A stretch of 64,000 bases of DNA from Ignavibacteria bacterium (GTDB lineage: Bacteria > Bacteroidota > Ignavibacteria > Kapaibacteriales > UBA4661), in contig JACVZY010000106.1 in assembly GCA_014654705.1 (NCBI GenBank), positions 2,083-66,082 of the forward strand. Reading direction: 5' to 3'. The first letter of the stretch is position 1. Each line of letters begins with the position of its first letter. Position numbers and translations under genes: made by a program. Under the pieces are notes generated by a model, which saw only the letters and a list, made by a program, of their open reading frames with translations, made no database searches and was not told the origin of the DNA. Shown here piece by piece: positions 20,527-30,988 of the stretch.

Positions 20527-22032
20527 TTAATTCCAAGAAAATGCTTGCGTGATGATTTCCTGCTGGGGTGCGGGTGTATGTGCGGCTTGCTGCCGACGGT
20601 TTCGGTTTGGTTTGAATTGTCCGGCAGTCAGTTTGACGATATTTTTAATCATTGATTCAATGCCTTGTATTCCCCATGCGGTCTCGCCCATGGTGATAGA
20701 CGTGTATTCGGTAATGGCAATAATGCTGTTGACGCTTTCGGTCATCGCTTTCATCACACGGGTTTGGTCTTCATTATTCAGCGATATACGCCCAATAACA
20801 TCTGCCATATAGTTGATGCGCTCAATAATATTCAGCAGCGATTGTTCCGACCGTGCGGCATCGTTCCTGCGTTCGGTGATTTCTGTGTGTACGATTGCTG
20901 TTTCTTCGGTTGCCAGCGCAATCTGACTTTGTATCTTTTTAATTGTTTTCGTGATTTCTTTGGTGGCAGATTGGGTACGCTCTGCAAGCTGACGAACTTC
21001 GTCTGCGACCACTGCAAACCCTCGACCATGCGCACCTGCTCTAGCGGCTTCAATAGCGGCATTGAGCGCAAGAAGATTGGTTCTGTCCGCCACTTCGGTT
21101 ATCACAACCGCCATATCTCCTATAGCCGCACTGCTGGCGGTCAGAGCGGTGATGGCATCGGAGGCGCGTCGGACAGCACCTGTAATGCTTTCAATTCCCA
21201 TCATCATTTCATGTACCGATGCGCCACCTTCCTTAGCTTCCAGCTTTGCCCGTAAGGCTTCTTCTACGGCGGCTTCCACACATTCGGTATTCGTTTCCAT
21301 GACCAATTTCATCTGCTGTATTGCGGAGCTAATAGATTGCGTTTGCTTCGTTGTATTTTGAAGCATCTCCTCAGAAAGTTCTTCCGTGCGCTGTGCCAGT
21401 GCGATTGCGGAGCGGAGAGTCGAGCCGCCCGTGTCCAGAATGGACTGCACGAAATTGTCCATTTTGTGCATGATGCGAGCAAAGGCATTCGAGACGGATT
21501 GTACTTGCTCTGTCATTACTTCTTCTTCTACCGGAGCAGCCTGCTCTCCAGCGGCTCTGTAATCCATATTCGAGATAATAATGGCAATGTCATGCTCCAG
21601 CGAGCGGCACAGATCCTGAGTTGCTAATAGTAACTCTTTGTCGTTGTCTTTGGCTTCTTTTTGCTCGTTCAAGGCTTGCTGGAATGATTCTTGCGCCAGC
21701 GCTGCATTTTTTTTCTCTCTTGCAAGGTGATGTTGAGCTTGCCCACGGCTGATAAAGAGCGCTGCCGCCACAGAGAAGAGAGCAATTTCGATGAGGTAAT
21801 GGAGTGGAGAAAAAAATGCTGCCACAGCGCTCAGAACAAGTACTATTGCTAATGCGGCGGCAAGTTGTTTGCAAAGCACGTCAAAGGCATTATTGTCAAC
21901 GGCAAGTTTTGGAACTGCTTGGGAATATATCCAAGCCCTCAAAAGGTGGTACTGTCGGACAAAAGAGTTTTTCCCAATACTCTTTTTAAGCGGCGTGCCG
22001 TAAATAATCGCATGGTGTATCGTTTGTTTCAT
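20527..22032 (-). CDS. Methyl-accepting chemotaxis-like protein lacking a periplasmic sensor
   Basis: Two adjacent TM helices with a few-residue loop; [34 protein letters not shown]. Confidence 0.88.
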   Translation of the reverse strand: MKQTIHHAIIYGTPLKKSIGKNSFVRQYHLLRAWIYSQAVPKLAVDNNAFDVLCKQLAAALAIVLVLSAVAAFFSPLHYLIEIALFSVAAALFISRGQAQHHLAREKKNAALAQESFQQALNEQKEAKDNDKELLLATQDLCRSLEHDIAIIISNMDYRAAGEQAAPVEEEVMTEQVQSVSNAFARIMHKMDNFVQSILDTGGSTLRSAIALAQRTEELSEEMLQNTTKQTQSISSAIQQMKLVMETNTECVEAAVEEALRAKLEAKEGGASVHEMMMGIESITGAVRRASDAITALTASSAAIGDMAVVITEVADRTNLLALNAAIEAARAGAHGRGFAVVADEVRQLAERTQSATKEITKTIKKIQSQIALATEETAIVHTEITERRNDAARSEQSLLNIIERINYMADVIGRISLNNEDQTRVMKAMTESVNSIIAITEYTSITMGETAWGIQGIESMIKNIVKLTAGQFKPNRNRRQQAAHTPAPQQEIITQAFSWN

Positions 22033-22074
22033 GATTTAGCCCTCCAGCAGACATCAAGAATAAAAAAGAAAAAG

Positions 22075-22857
22075 TTACTGACTGAGTTTGGGGTGGTGCT
22101 CCTCGACGCGGCGTATAAAGTCCGCTTTTTGCGCCCGCGAGACAGGCAGTATCTCGCTATTCGACATTCGTACAATTCCCTCTTTTCCGTCGTGTTCCCA
22201 CTGAGCAACGTGATGGATATTGATGATGTGCGAGCGGTGAATACGCAAAAAGATATTGTGTGGCAGCCAGTGTTCCCACTCTGCCAGTATATCTATCGAA
22301 AGAAGCGCCGGGCGCTCGTGTCGAGCTATTCGGGTATAGCCATAATGCCCAGAGCAGGCAATAATTTCCGTAAAATAGGTATTGATATTACCTCGGGTGG
22401 ACTTGATGATAACTGAGGTTGGAGCGGTTTTTTGCTGAAGTTCCAAGCGGCTTTTGTAGTCGCGGACTTCTTGCAAGAGACGCAATTTTGCGCGTGCCCG
22501 TTCTACAGCTGTGCAGAGTTTTTCGACATCAAATGGTTTCAGCAGATACCCCTTCGAGTCGTAGTCGAATGCCTCAAGCGCAAATTGGCTGTACGAACTC
22601 ATCATAATCACTGCAAAGTCGTTAGCATCAAAAGCATCAAGTACCTCAAAGCCTGTTGTATCGGTAAGCTGTACGTCCATGAACACAATATCAGGCTTGT
22701 GGTCGTAGATATTACGAACAGCATCGTGAAATGATGACGCTTCTCCCACTACTTCTATATCGGGGCAGTATTCTTGAAGCAGCAAAACGAGTGTTTTGCG
22801 AATGAGTTCGTCATCGTCAACAATGACGGTGCGCAGTGTGGTGTCTTGTTGGTTCAT
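22075..22857 (-). CDS. LytTR-family response regulator
   Basis: VDDDE, FMDVQL, LLKPF; FLRIHRSHIIN, LPVSR. Confidence 0.93.
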   Translation of the reverse strand: MNQQDTTLRTVIVDDDELIRKTLVLLLQEYCPDIEVVGEASSFHDAVRNIYDHKPDIVFMDVQLTDTTGFEVLDAFDANDFAVIMMSSYSQFALEAFDYDSKGYLLKPFDVEKLCTAVERARAKLRLLQEVRDYKSRLELQQKTAPTSVIIKSTRGNINTYFTEIIACSGHYGYTRIARHERPALLSIDILAEWEHWLPHNIFLRIHRSHIINIHHVAQWEHDGKEGIVRMSNSEILPVSRAQKADFIRRVEEHHPKLSQ

Positions 22858-22912
22858 AATAATAACCGTTCCCTCTTTTTTCGATAGCGTAATAGCGTGT
22901 CTTAGCCGAGTA

Positions 22913-22985
22913 CAAATTACGGTATTTCAGCACTTGCGACAAAACTCTCCCGATGAACTGTCCTCTTTTTCCGATGAACTGTCCT
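22913..22985 (-). promoter_or_regulatory. Putative LytTR operator (2x 15-bp perfect direct repeat, 21-bp period) plus -7-like box
   Basis: ccgatgaactgtcct at 22950 and 22971 (TTCATC on the - strand); TAATTTG on the - strand at 22919-22913. Confidence 0.7.
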
Positions 22986-23063
22986 GTGAAATGTGTAACG
23001 TTTTTACTAAATTGGTATCAGCACCACACTTTGTTAGGCATATCACGCATATTCACTATATCC

Positions 23064-25376
23064 ATGAGTAAGCAATACATTCTATCTTGGGGAAATCTTT
23101 CCTTTTGCGCCGTTCAAAAATTCCTTCTCTTGGCGATATGCTCGGTTGTATCTATCGTACCACTATCAGCACAAACGCCTGTTCTGGACTCACTGACAGC
23201 CGTTCTTCGCTCAAGCGATGCAGCAAATAGAAACGATACCGGCATGGTCAACCTTCTCAATCAGTTGTCAGTAGAAATCCGTCCGTCCAATGTGGAACAA
23301 TCCCTTTTGTATGCCCAGCGTGCGGAGGACATTGCATCTAAAATTTCATTTGCAAATGGTCTGGCTATGTCGTACACGAACATGGGTATTGCTTTGTGGA
23401 AGCAAGGAAAACTTGCTCCGGCATTGGATTTGCATACCAAAGCCCACAAAATCTATCGAGAAGCAGGTAATAAAAAGGGTATTACCAAAGCATTGAACAA
23501 TATTGGACTTATTTATGACAATCGGCATCAACCGGATATTGCAATTCGCTATTACGCAGATGCACTCAAGTTAGCCGAAGAAATACAAGATAAAGGCATG
23601 CAATCTCTTTTACTGACCAATTTAGGCGCACTCAATGCCGACAGAGGTCAGTACGAGCAGGCATTGGAATATCATTTGAAGGGATTAAAGTTAAAAGAAG
23701 AACTTGCAGATACGCGGCGTATGTGGTCGTCCGTCATTGGTATCGCAATAGTCTATGGACAGTTAAAACGCTATGAAGAATCATTGGCGTTTTACCAGCG
23801 CGGACGGGAACTTGCTCGCAATATCGGCGACAAAGAAGGGGAAGCAATGGTGCTGGGTAATATTGCCGACCTCTATAACGCTATTGGGAAGAGAAGTGAG
23901 GCATTGGAAGCCGCTAGAGCATCACTGGCAATAGGAGAAAAAGAAAAATTTCTGATGGTGCAAGAAGGGGCACTGCGGAGTTTATCGCAGATTCTTGAAT
24001 CATCGGGGCAAGATAAACAGGCACTCACGTATTACAAACAATTTGCCGCCGTGCGTGATTCTATCTTCTCGCAAGAAAACAACGACAAACTCGCCAAACT
24101 CTACACCGAGTATGAGACCCAAAAAAAAGAGCAGCAGATTCAGCTACTCGAACAGTCCCGTAAACTCGATCTCTTCTGGCGCTATGGATTGATGACAGGC
24201 GTAGTTTTTCTGACGCTTCTGGTGATTCTCCTTCTGAATCGTTACAGCCTCAAGCAGCGTTCAGAACAAGCACTTACCGAGAAGAATGCCTCACTATCGG
24301 AAGCCAATTCTGAAATTCTTCGGCAGCAAGAAATTCTTGTGGAGCAGGCGCAAAGCATCCAGATTGCTAATACCCAATTGCAAGAAACTATCGTTCAGCT
24401 CCAGCGCACCAACCAAGACTTAGAGGAGGCAAATGCTGTCAAAATGAAGTTCCTACACCTTGCTACGAATGATCTGGCGAACTTCCTTTCCGCATTAGAT
24501 AATGCATCGCAATCCTTCGATGATACGAGCAAAGATTCAGAAAACAGGCTGCAACTCTCAACGCTCTTGCAATCAACAAAAAGTATGCACGCAGTGATGA
24601 TGGACGTACTGCAAACAAACGCTCAGCTGGAGCAGGAAAACGAAATCAAGATTAAACTCCTAAGCATTGTGGCGCACGATCTGCGCAACCCACTCACCTC
24701 AATCTTGGGACTCGCTCGGCTCCTGCTCAGTGGTGGTCTTGCCAAGCCGAATGCGTCTGAACTGGTGAATATGATTATTACCTCGTCTGAAAATATGTAT
24801 CGGCTTATCAGCGACCTATTGGACAACACGGCGCTGCAACTAGGCAAATTGGAGCTGAATCTCCAAGCGATGAACATGACAGAATTATGCCAAGAAATGA
24901 TCGAGCAATACCGCCCTGGCGCAGAGCGCAAGCGACAGCATATTGAAGCGTCGTGCGAGCCTTCGTGCTTCATCATGGGCGACTGGCGGCGCATCGTGCA
25001 GGTGATTGATAATCTGCTGAGCAATGCGGTCAAATACTCACCCTTCGATACGCAAATGTTCGTCCTCTTGCAAAAATCAGGCGATATGATCCGACTGGAA
25101 GTCCGCGATGAAGGACCGGGCTTGACCGAAGAGGATAAACAAAAATTATTTGGTTTCTTTCAACGTCTGTCCGCACGCCCCACAGGCGGCGAATCATCAA
25201 GCGGTGTTGGCTTGTCCAGCGTCAAGAAAATAGTGGAACTGCACGGCGGTCGTGTTTGGGCTGAGAGTTTATACGGCGACGGCACAACGTTTGTCGTTGA
25301 GTTGCCAGCAGTGCCTACTATCGACGACCATGTGATGATTTCTGCGCAAGCGCAAGAACAAACGCAAGAAAACTGA
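23064..25376 (+). CDS. TPR-sensor histidine kinase with an extra degenerate DHp
   Basis: Signal peptide, about 6 TPRs, TM, ATNDLANFL segment then AHDLRNPL, NLLSNAVKYSP, DEGPG. Confidence 0.92.
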   Translation: MSKQYILSWGNLSFCAVQKFLLLAICSVVSIVPLSAQTPVLDSLTAVLRSSDAANRNDTGMVNLLNQLSVEIRPSNVEQSLLYAQRAEDIASKISFANGLAMSYTNMGIALWKQGKLAPALDLHTKAHKIYREAGNKKGITKALNNIGLIYDNRHQPDIAIRYYADALKLAEEIQDKGMQSLLLTNLGALNADRGQYEQALEYHLKGLKLKEELADTRRMWSSVIGIAIVYGQLKRYEESLAFYQRGRELARNIGDKEGEAMVLGNIADLYNAIGKRSEALEAARASLAIGEKEKFLMVQEGALRSLSQILESSGQDKQALTYYKQFAAVRDSIFSQENNDKLAKLYTEYETQKKEQQIQLLEQSRKLDLFWRYGLMTGVVFLTLLVILLLNRYSLKQRSEQALTEKNASLSEANSEILRQQEILVEQAQSIQIANTQLQETIVQLQRTNQDLEEANAVKMKFLHLATNDLANFLSALDNASQSFDDTSKDSENRLQLSTLLQSTKSMHAVMMDVLQTNAQLEQENEIKIKLLSIVAHDLRNPLTSILGLARLLLSGGLAKPNASELVNMIITSSENMYRLISDLLDNTALQLGKLELNLQAMNMTELCQEMIEQYRPGAERKRQHIEASCEPSCFIMGDWRRIVQVIDNLLSNAVKYSPFDTQMFVLLQKSGDMIRLEVRDEGPGLTEEDKQKLFGFFQRLSARPTGGESSSGVGLSSVKKIVELHGGRVWAESLYGDGTTFVVELPAVPTIDDHVMISAQAQEQTQEN

Positions 25377-25394
25377 ATTGAAGAAGGATAATCA

Positions 25395-26519
25395 ATGCCT
25401 AGCATAAACGTTTCCAGCGAAACAACTCTCACCGTCCCCAAAACACAAGGCATCAAGTACGCCGGTTCAAAACTCAAAATTCTGCCTTCTATTTTGGATG
25501 TTCTTGCGCCGCTTGGTGCGCGGACGGCGCTGGATGGCTTTAGTGGTTCTACGCGGGTTAGTCAAGCGCTGGCGCAGTGCGGCTTTCACGTTACTTCCAG
25601 CGATAGTGCTGTGTGGTCGGAAGTATTTGCAACCTGTTTTCTTCTCAACACTCGCCCTCGTGAGTATTATGCCGATATTATCCGGCATCTCAACTCTTTA
25701 GAAGGTTATCACGGCTGGTTCAGTGAGCATTATGGCGGTAGCGCGGATGTACAACCCGACAAGTCGGGCGAAAAAAGACCATTTCAACTTCACAACACCC
25801 GAAAACTGGATGCCATCAGGAACGAAATTGACCGTATGGGGTTGGACGAAGTAGAAAAAGCCGTAGCGCTCACAAGTCTTATCTTCGCGCTGGACTCAGT
25901 GGACAATACGCTTGGGCACTATGCTGCGTATCTGTCCGATTGGTCGGCGCGGTCGTACAAGACGATGACCTTGCGAATACCGGACGTGCATCTCAATACG
26001 GCAGAGCATCGGGTCGTGAAGGGTGATATTTTTGATACCATCGGGCGGTATGAATTTGACGTTGCTTACTTCGACCCGCCCTACGGCTCGAACAATGACA
26101 AAATGCCGCCAAGCCGTGTTCGGTATTCGTCGTATTATCACATTTGGACGACCGTCATCAAAAACGACAAGCCTGCGCTTTTTGGCAAGGTAAATAGACG
26201 TGTGGACACGCGCGACAGCGTGGCAGCATCGGTCTTTGAAGAATTTCGCAAGGACAGCGAGGGAAGTTTTATCGCCATGCAAGCTATTAAGCGGCTGATT
26301 GAGGAAACGGCAGCCCGCCACATTGTGCTGTCGTACAGTTCCGGTGGCAGGGCAACGAAAGAGGAGTTGTACTCTATTTTGAACGCTTCGGGCACAATTC
26401 TCAAAGCAATAGAAATTGATTACAAAAAGAACGTCATGGGTGCAATGCGCTGGACAAACGAGTGGATTACCAGCGACGGCGCATACAGCGAATATCTGTT
26501 TCTGCTGGAAAAATCCTAA
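25395..26519 (+). CDS. N6-adenine DNA methyltransferase (D12 class), orphan
   Basis: KYAGSK, motif I DGFSGS, motif IV YFDPPY, VLSYS; alpha-group motif order. Confidence 0.88.
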   Translation: MPSINVSSETTLTVPKTQGIKYAGSKLKILPSILDVLAPLGARTALDGFSGSTRVSQALAQCGFHVTSSDSAVWSEVFATCFLLNTRPREYYADIIRHLNSLEGYHGWFSEHYGGSADVQPDKSGEKRPFQLHNTRKLDAIRNEIDRMGLDEVEKAVALTSLIFALDSVDNTLGHYAAYLSDWSARSYKTMTLRIPDVHLNTAEHRVVKGDIFDTIGRYEFDVAYFDPPYGSNNDKMPPSRVRYSSYYHIWTTVIKNDKPALFGKVNRRVDTRDSVAASVFEEFRKDSEGSFIAMQAIKRLIEETAARHIVLSYSSGGRATKEELYSILNASGTILKAIEIDYKKNVMGAMRWTNEWITSDGAYSEYLFLLEKS

Positions 26520-26726
26520 AGGCTGAAAGAACAATCAATACCTCCCCGTGTGAGACAAGTCTTTGCGCGGGTTTTTGCGTTTTTATAGCGAGGATTGGCG
26601 GTACAAAAAAAATTGCTCAAAACTGCATCATTGCGTAAGTTGAAGTTTGTTCACCGTCCGATTCACAAACCTGTTTTTGTGCCATTGGAACAGTTCTTAC
26701 ACAAAACATTGAATTCAAGAAGCACT

Positions 26727-28190
26727 ATGTTCAAAAAAATCCTCATTGCCAATCGTGGCGAAATCGCACTGCGCATCATCAAGACGTGCCGCAAAATGGG
26801 CATTGCCACTGTCGCTATTTATTCCGATGCCGACCGCCAGTCGCTGCACGTCAAAGAAGCAGACGAAGCTATTGCTATTGGTGGTTTTACGCCACGCGAG
26901 AGTTATTTGGTGATGGACAAAGTGCTCGATGCAGCAAAGAAAACGGGTGCCGAAGCGATTCATCCCGGTTACGGATTTCTTTCGGAGAACCACGATTTTG
27001 CACAACGTGTCGCCAAAGAAGGCATCGTATTTATCGGACCTTCGCCCGAAGCGATTGACCTTTTGGGCGATAAAACAGCCGCTCGTGCGCTTGCCGAAAA
27101 GTCGCACGTCCCCTTTGCGGCGGGTTCTACTCATGCCGTCGCTTCATATGCTGAGGTGCGCGAGTTTGCTGAGAATATCGGCTTTCCGGTGATTCTGAAG
27201 GCTGCCGCCGGTGGCGGTGGCAAGGGAATGCGTGTGGTCGAACAGATGGAAGACCTCGAAAGCGCATTAGCAGGCGCTCAGGGCGAAGCACTCACTGCAT
27301 TTGGCGATGACCGCGTTTTCATCGAAAAATATATTGTTCAGCCGCGCCACATTGAAATTCAAATTCTCGCCGATGAACATGGAACAGTGCTGTACTTCCC
27401 CGAACGCGAGTGTTCTATTCAGCGTCGGCATCAGAAAGTAGTGGAGGAATCTCCTTCCACAGCCATTACGCCCGAACTCCGTCAAGCAATGGGTGAAGCC
27501 GCTTCCCGCCTTGTACAGGCTGCCAAATATACCAATGCCGGGACGCTGGAATTTTTGCTTGATTCGTCGGGCAAATTTTACTTTATGGAAGTCAATACCC
27601 GTTTGCAGGTGGAACACGCTGTAACGGAAATGGTAACAGGACTGGACTTGGTGGAACAGCAACTCCGCATTGCCTCCGGCGAGAAACTGACGCTCACACA
27701 GGCAGATATTGTTCCGAAAGGACACGCTATTGAGTGCCGTATTTGCGTTGAGGATGTCTATAACGACTTTTTCCCTGATTCCGGTGTAATTTCGTATTTG
27801 TCGTTGCCTGAGGGCGAACACATCCGCAATGATTCAGCAATTTACGTAGGCTACGAAAGCGGGATTCACTACGATTCGATGGCAGCAAAGCTCATCGTCT
27901 GGGGGCACACTCGCGAAGAAGCTATTGAGCGGGTACTGTGGGCTTTGGACAATTACCACCTGAGCGGTTTCAATACAACTATTCCCTTTTGTAAATTTGC
28001 GATTGATTCCGCACCGTTTCGCACGGGAAAATACTCGACCTTTTTTGTGCAGGAGAATTGGCGCAAACAAGTTCCCGACGATATGCAAAATCTGATTGCC
28101 GCTGCCGCCGCTTTTACCCGAAGTGCTCTTGGCAATCGTCGGCAGCCGCGTTTTGCAGAAACAAGCCTTTGGGCGCAGCAGCATAGATAA
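26727..28190 (+). CDS. accC: Biotin carboxylase subunit of an acyl-CoA carboxylase
   Basis: ILIANRGEIA, IHPGYGFLSEN, GGGGKGMR, ERECSIQRRHQKV, EVNTRLQVEH; no biotinyl domain. Substrate (acetyl- vs propionyl-CoA) not resolvable. Confidence 0.88.
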   Translation: MFKKILIANRGEIALRIIKTCRKMGIATVAIYSDADRQSLHVKEADEAIAIGGFTPRESYLVMDKVLDAAKKTGAEAIHPGYGFLSENHDFAQRVAKEGIVFIGPSPEAIDLLGDKTAARALAEKSHVPFAAGSTHAVASYAEVREFAENIGFPVILKAAAGGGGKGMRVVEQMEDLESALAGAQGEALTAFGDDRVFIEKYIVQPRHIEIQILADEHGTVLYFPERECSIQRRHQKVVEESPSTAITPELRQAMGEAASRLVQAAKYTNAGTLEFLLDSSGKFYFMEVNTRLQVEHAVTEMVTGLDLVEQQLRIASGEKLTLTQADIVPKGHAIECRICVEDVYNDFFPDSGVISYLSLPEGEHIRNDSAIYVGYESGIHYDSMAAKLIVWGHTREEAIERVLWALDNYHLSGFNTTIPFCKFAIDSAPFRTGKYSTFFVQENWRKQVPDDMQNLIAAAAAFTRSALGNRRQPRFAETSLWAQQHR

Positions 28191-28348
28191 CACAAAACAG
28201 CACCACAAAAACACGAAAAGAGTGTCTTACTCGTCTCTTATCTTTCACGGAATGTGAATTTCGTGTAAAATATTTTTCGGTTCAACACTTCTTGGTACGC
28301 GACATGATTCGGCTTCTTGACAAGACCTTGCGAGACCCTGTTCTCCCG

Positions 28349-30718
28349 ATGCAGACCAACAACATACGAATAGACAGCATGACAGCAGGATATATTGAAC
28401 AGTTTCGTCAATTTTGTAAAGACGACGCAGCATTTGAGCGCCTTGCGGCAATCTTACGCGGCGCTGTGGGCGCTACGCTTTTTCCTGCTATGCAACAAGC
28501 AACAACAGTTTCTGTCAATGAGCCACTGACAGAGCAGTTTGCTTTTAATCAATGGCTCGTGCAGGTCATTGATACGGTTTTACCCGATGTCATTTATCTC
28601 TATGACCCCGAAGAACGGCGGTATCTCTATGCCAACCGTGCAATCGAGCGCTTTGGTTATACGCCCGCGCAGATTGTGAGCGGCAAGGTCGAAATGCTCC
28701 AAACGCACTTACATCCTGCCGATCGCGATGCAGTACTGGCATTGCACCATAAGCAATTGGAGATGATGAATCATGGTCTGTCGGGTGTTGAATCGCGGGA
28801 GCCGTTTTTTGATGTACAGTGCCGCCTGCGCTGTGCCGACGGGACCTATCGTTGGGTGCAAGACCGCCGATATGTGATGCAACGCGACGAAGATGGGAAG
28901 GTGAAAATCGTGCTGGGATATTTGCATGATATTCAGTCCCTGAAGGTCGCTCAAGAAATGCTGGACTATCAGACCACGCTAGAAAAAGCGACTGCCTCAA
29001 TTTCACGAATGTTCGCCAAAACCGCCGTTGCCGATATTGATGCAACGGTACAGGAAACGCTGAAGCAAATCGGCGAGTTCACCAATGCTGACCGCTCCTA
29101 TATTTTTCTCAGCCCCCAACCCACCATAGAAGCGGCTTTCAACAAAACTGTGCAGTCGGACATTATGCGCGACGCTTACGATTGGTCAGCGCCCGGCATT
29201 TCGCCGATAACAATTCGAGAAATTTCTCCTTCCAGCATCCGATGGGCTTTTGACCGATTGGAGGAACTGCGTTCCTTGCAGATTGCCCGCATTGACAGTA
29301 TGCCCGATGAAGCCGCAGCCTTCCGCACTGCGCTTGCGGCAGCGGGAACCAAATCGCTCTTGGTCGTACCACTTCATATTGAGGGGCGCGTCATTGGTTT
29401 GATTGGCGTGAGCGCTGTCAAAGAGGAACGGGTCTGGACAAAAGAAGAAGTACGGATGCTGCGCCTTGTGGCGGAGACGCTTGTTCACGCATTTGAGCGA
29501 AAGTTTGCCGAACAAGCACTTCGCGAGAGCGAAGCACGGTTTCGCACGATTTTCGACCGTGCTCCGGTTTCAATTTCTATTTTGAATCCGCAAGGAAATA
29601 TTCTCTCTTGCAACGACCAAGTTGAGCGTTTTTTGGGGTATAACGAAGAAGAATTGCGCAATCGTAATTTCCTCGAATTTGTGCGCCCCGAAGACCGCGA
29701 CCGCAGCGCCGAGCTTTTCTACGAATTGCTCTCCGGTTCGATAGATTCCTACACGCTGGAGCTTCAGTATATGCACAAAGACGGTTCGCCGATGTGGACA
29801 AACGTTACTGCCTCGCTCGTGCGCGATACCGCAGGGAAACCTGTGTTTGTGATTCGGATGCTGGAAGACATTAGCGACCGCAAGACGGCTCTTGCGAATA
29901 TGCAGCACTACAACACGCTTGTCTTTGAGCAGAAAGCAGCGCTGGAGCGCCAGTCCGATATGCTGCTTCAACTCAACGGCGAAATGATGCAGAAGCAGCG
30001 CGAGCTGGAAGACCTTAACCGTAGCAAAGATAAGTTTTTCTCTATTGTCTCGCATGACCTGCGCAGCCCGTTTTCTTCGCTTTTGGGCATTTCCAAATTG
30101 CTTGCGGAGGGCGCAACTGACCTTGAACGCAGCGATATCAAAGAGCTTGCCGAAGCGCTGAACTCGCAGGCAGTAAACGTCTTCGATTTTATGGAAAATC
30201 TGCTCAAATGGGCGCAGGCACACACTGGGCGCATGAAGTACGAGCCGACAGTTCTTGCACTGAGAGAAATCACCATGCCGGTCGAGGCGCTACTTCGCGA
30301 AAATGCACACGCTAAAGGTGTTACGCTCAAAGATGATATTTCCGATAGTCTGGCGGTTTATGTGGATGAAAATATGATTCGTTCTGTGGTGCAAAACCTG
30401 CTCTCGAACGCGCTTAAATTCACGCCTTCAGGCGGGACGGTTACGTTATCGGCTGCACAGAGTCCGACAAAACCGAAATTTGTCGAAGTGCGAGTAAGCG
30501 ATACCGGTGTGGGTATGAGCAAAGAGGATGCGCATAAACTCTTCCGAATAGACGTCGTGCATACCACCAGAGGCACAGAGGATGAGACTGGGAGCGGTCT
30601 AGGACTGATACTCTGCAAAGAACTTGTCGAAAAAAATGGTGGTACGATTTGGGTAAACAGCACCGAAGGCGTTGGCACAACCTTTATTTTTACCCTGCCA
30701 TTGGCAAAAGATATCTAA
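28349..30718 (+). CDS. Cytoplasmic PAS-GAF-PAS histidine kinase
   Basis: HPADRD/PAC, GAF (ADRSYIF, SLLVVPL), PAS (VRPEDR, DISDRK), SHDLRSPF, NALKFT, DTGVG, GSGLGL; start uncertain. Confidence 0.92.
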   Translation: MQTNNIRIDSMTAGYIEQFRQFCKDDAAFERLAAILRGAVGATLFPAMQQATTVSVNEPLTEQFAFNQWLVQVIDTVLPDVIYLYDPEERRYLYANRAIERFGYTPAQIVSGKVEMLQTHLHPADRDAVLALHHKQLEMMNHGLSGVESREPFFDVQCRLRCADGTYRWVQDRRYVMQRDEDGKVKIVLGYLHDIQSLKVAQEMLDYQTTLEKATASISRMFAKTAVADIDATVQETLKQIGEFTNADRSYIFLSPQPTIEAAFNKTVQSDIMRDAYDWSAPGISPITIREISPSSIRWAFDRLEELRSLQIARIDSMPDEAAAFRTALAAAGTKSLLVVPLHIEGRVIGLIGVSAVKEERVWTKEEVRMLRLVAETLVHAFERKFAEQALRESEARFRTIFDRAPVSISILNPQGNILSCNDQVERFLGYNEEELRNRNFLEFVRPEDRDRSAELFYELLSGSIDSYTLELQYMHKDGSPMWTNVTASLVRDTAGKPVFVIRMLEDISDRKTALANMQHYNTLVFEQKAALERQSDMLLQLNGEMMQKQRELEDLNRSKDKFFSIVSHDLRSPFSSLLGISKLLAEGATDLERSDIKELAEALNSQAVNVFDFMENLLKWAQAHTGRMKYEPTVLALREITMPVEALLRENAHAKGVTLKDDISDSLAVYVDENMIRSVVQNLLSNALKFTPSGGTVTLSAAQSPTKPKFVEVRVSDTGVGMSKEDAHKLFRIDVVHTTRGTEDETGSGLGLILCKELVEKNGGTIWVNSTEGVGTTFIFTLPLAKDI

Positions 30719-30772
30719 GCCGCAATAATTAGGTTGGCGACGTAAGTGGTCAGGTTCAAGCATAGATTCCAC

Positions 30773-30868
30773 GCGGACGGCACGGATTTGGCGGATACTC
30801 GCACATTCATCAAAATAACGATACAGACAGATACTCTACCTATCCGCTCAATCCACTTCATCGTCCGC
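30773..30868. repeat. Imperfect intergenic inverted repeat
   Basis: gcggacg(30773)/cgtccgc(30862) and ggatttggcggata(30784)/tatccgctcaatcc(30841). Confidence 0.55.
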
Positions 30869-30924
30869 ATTCCTTGTTGGATGACGACCTGTTGGAAATG
30901 CTTGTGTAACGACAGGAAAGAATG

Positions 30925-30932
30925 TATCTTTG
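30925..30932 (+). promoter_or_regulatory. Bacteroidota-type -7 promoter box
   Basis: TATCTTTG matches TAnnTTTG, ending 57 bp upstream of the HD gene. Confidence 0.5.
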
Positions 30933-30988
30933 CGGCGAGTGGATAGGCTTGCCCTTTTGTAATTCGTAACTTGTTTTTGTAATGCTCT

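Noticed and set aside
22953..23063. N-terminal extension MNCPLFPMNCP of the TPR kinase in the ORF track
   Set aside because: It is a translation of the operator repeat; ATG 23064 precedes the signal peptide.
25395..26519. Complete restriction-modification or defence system
   Set aside because: No endonuclease, specificity subunit or other defence gene flanks the MTase.
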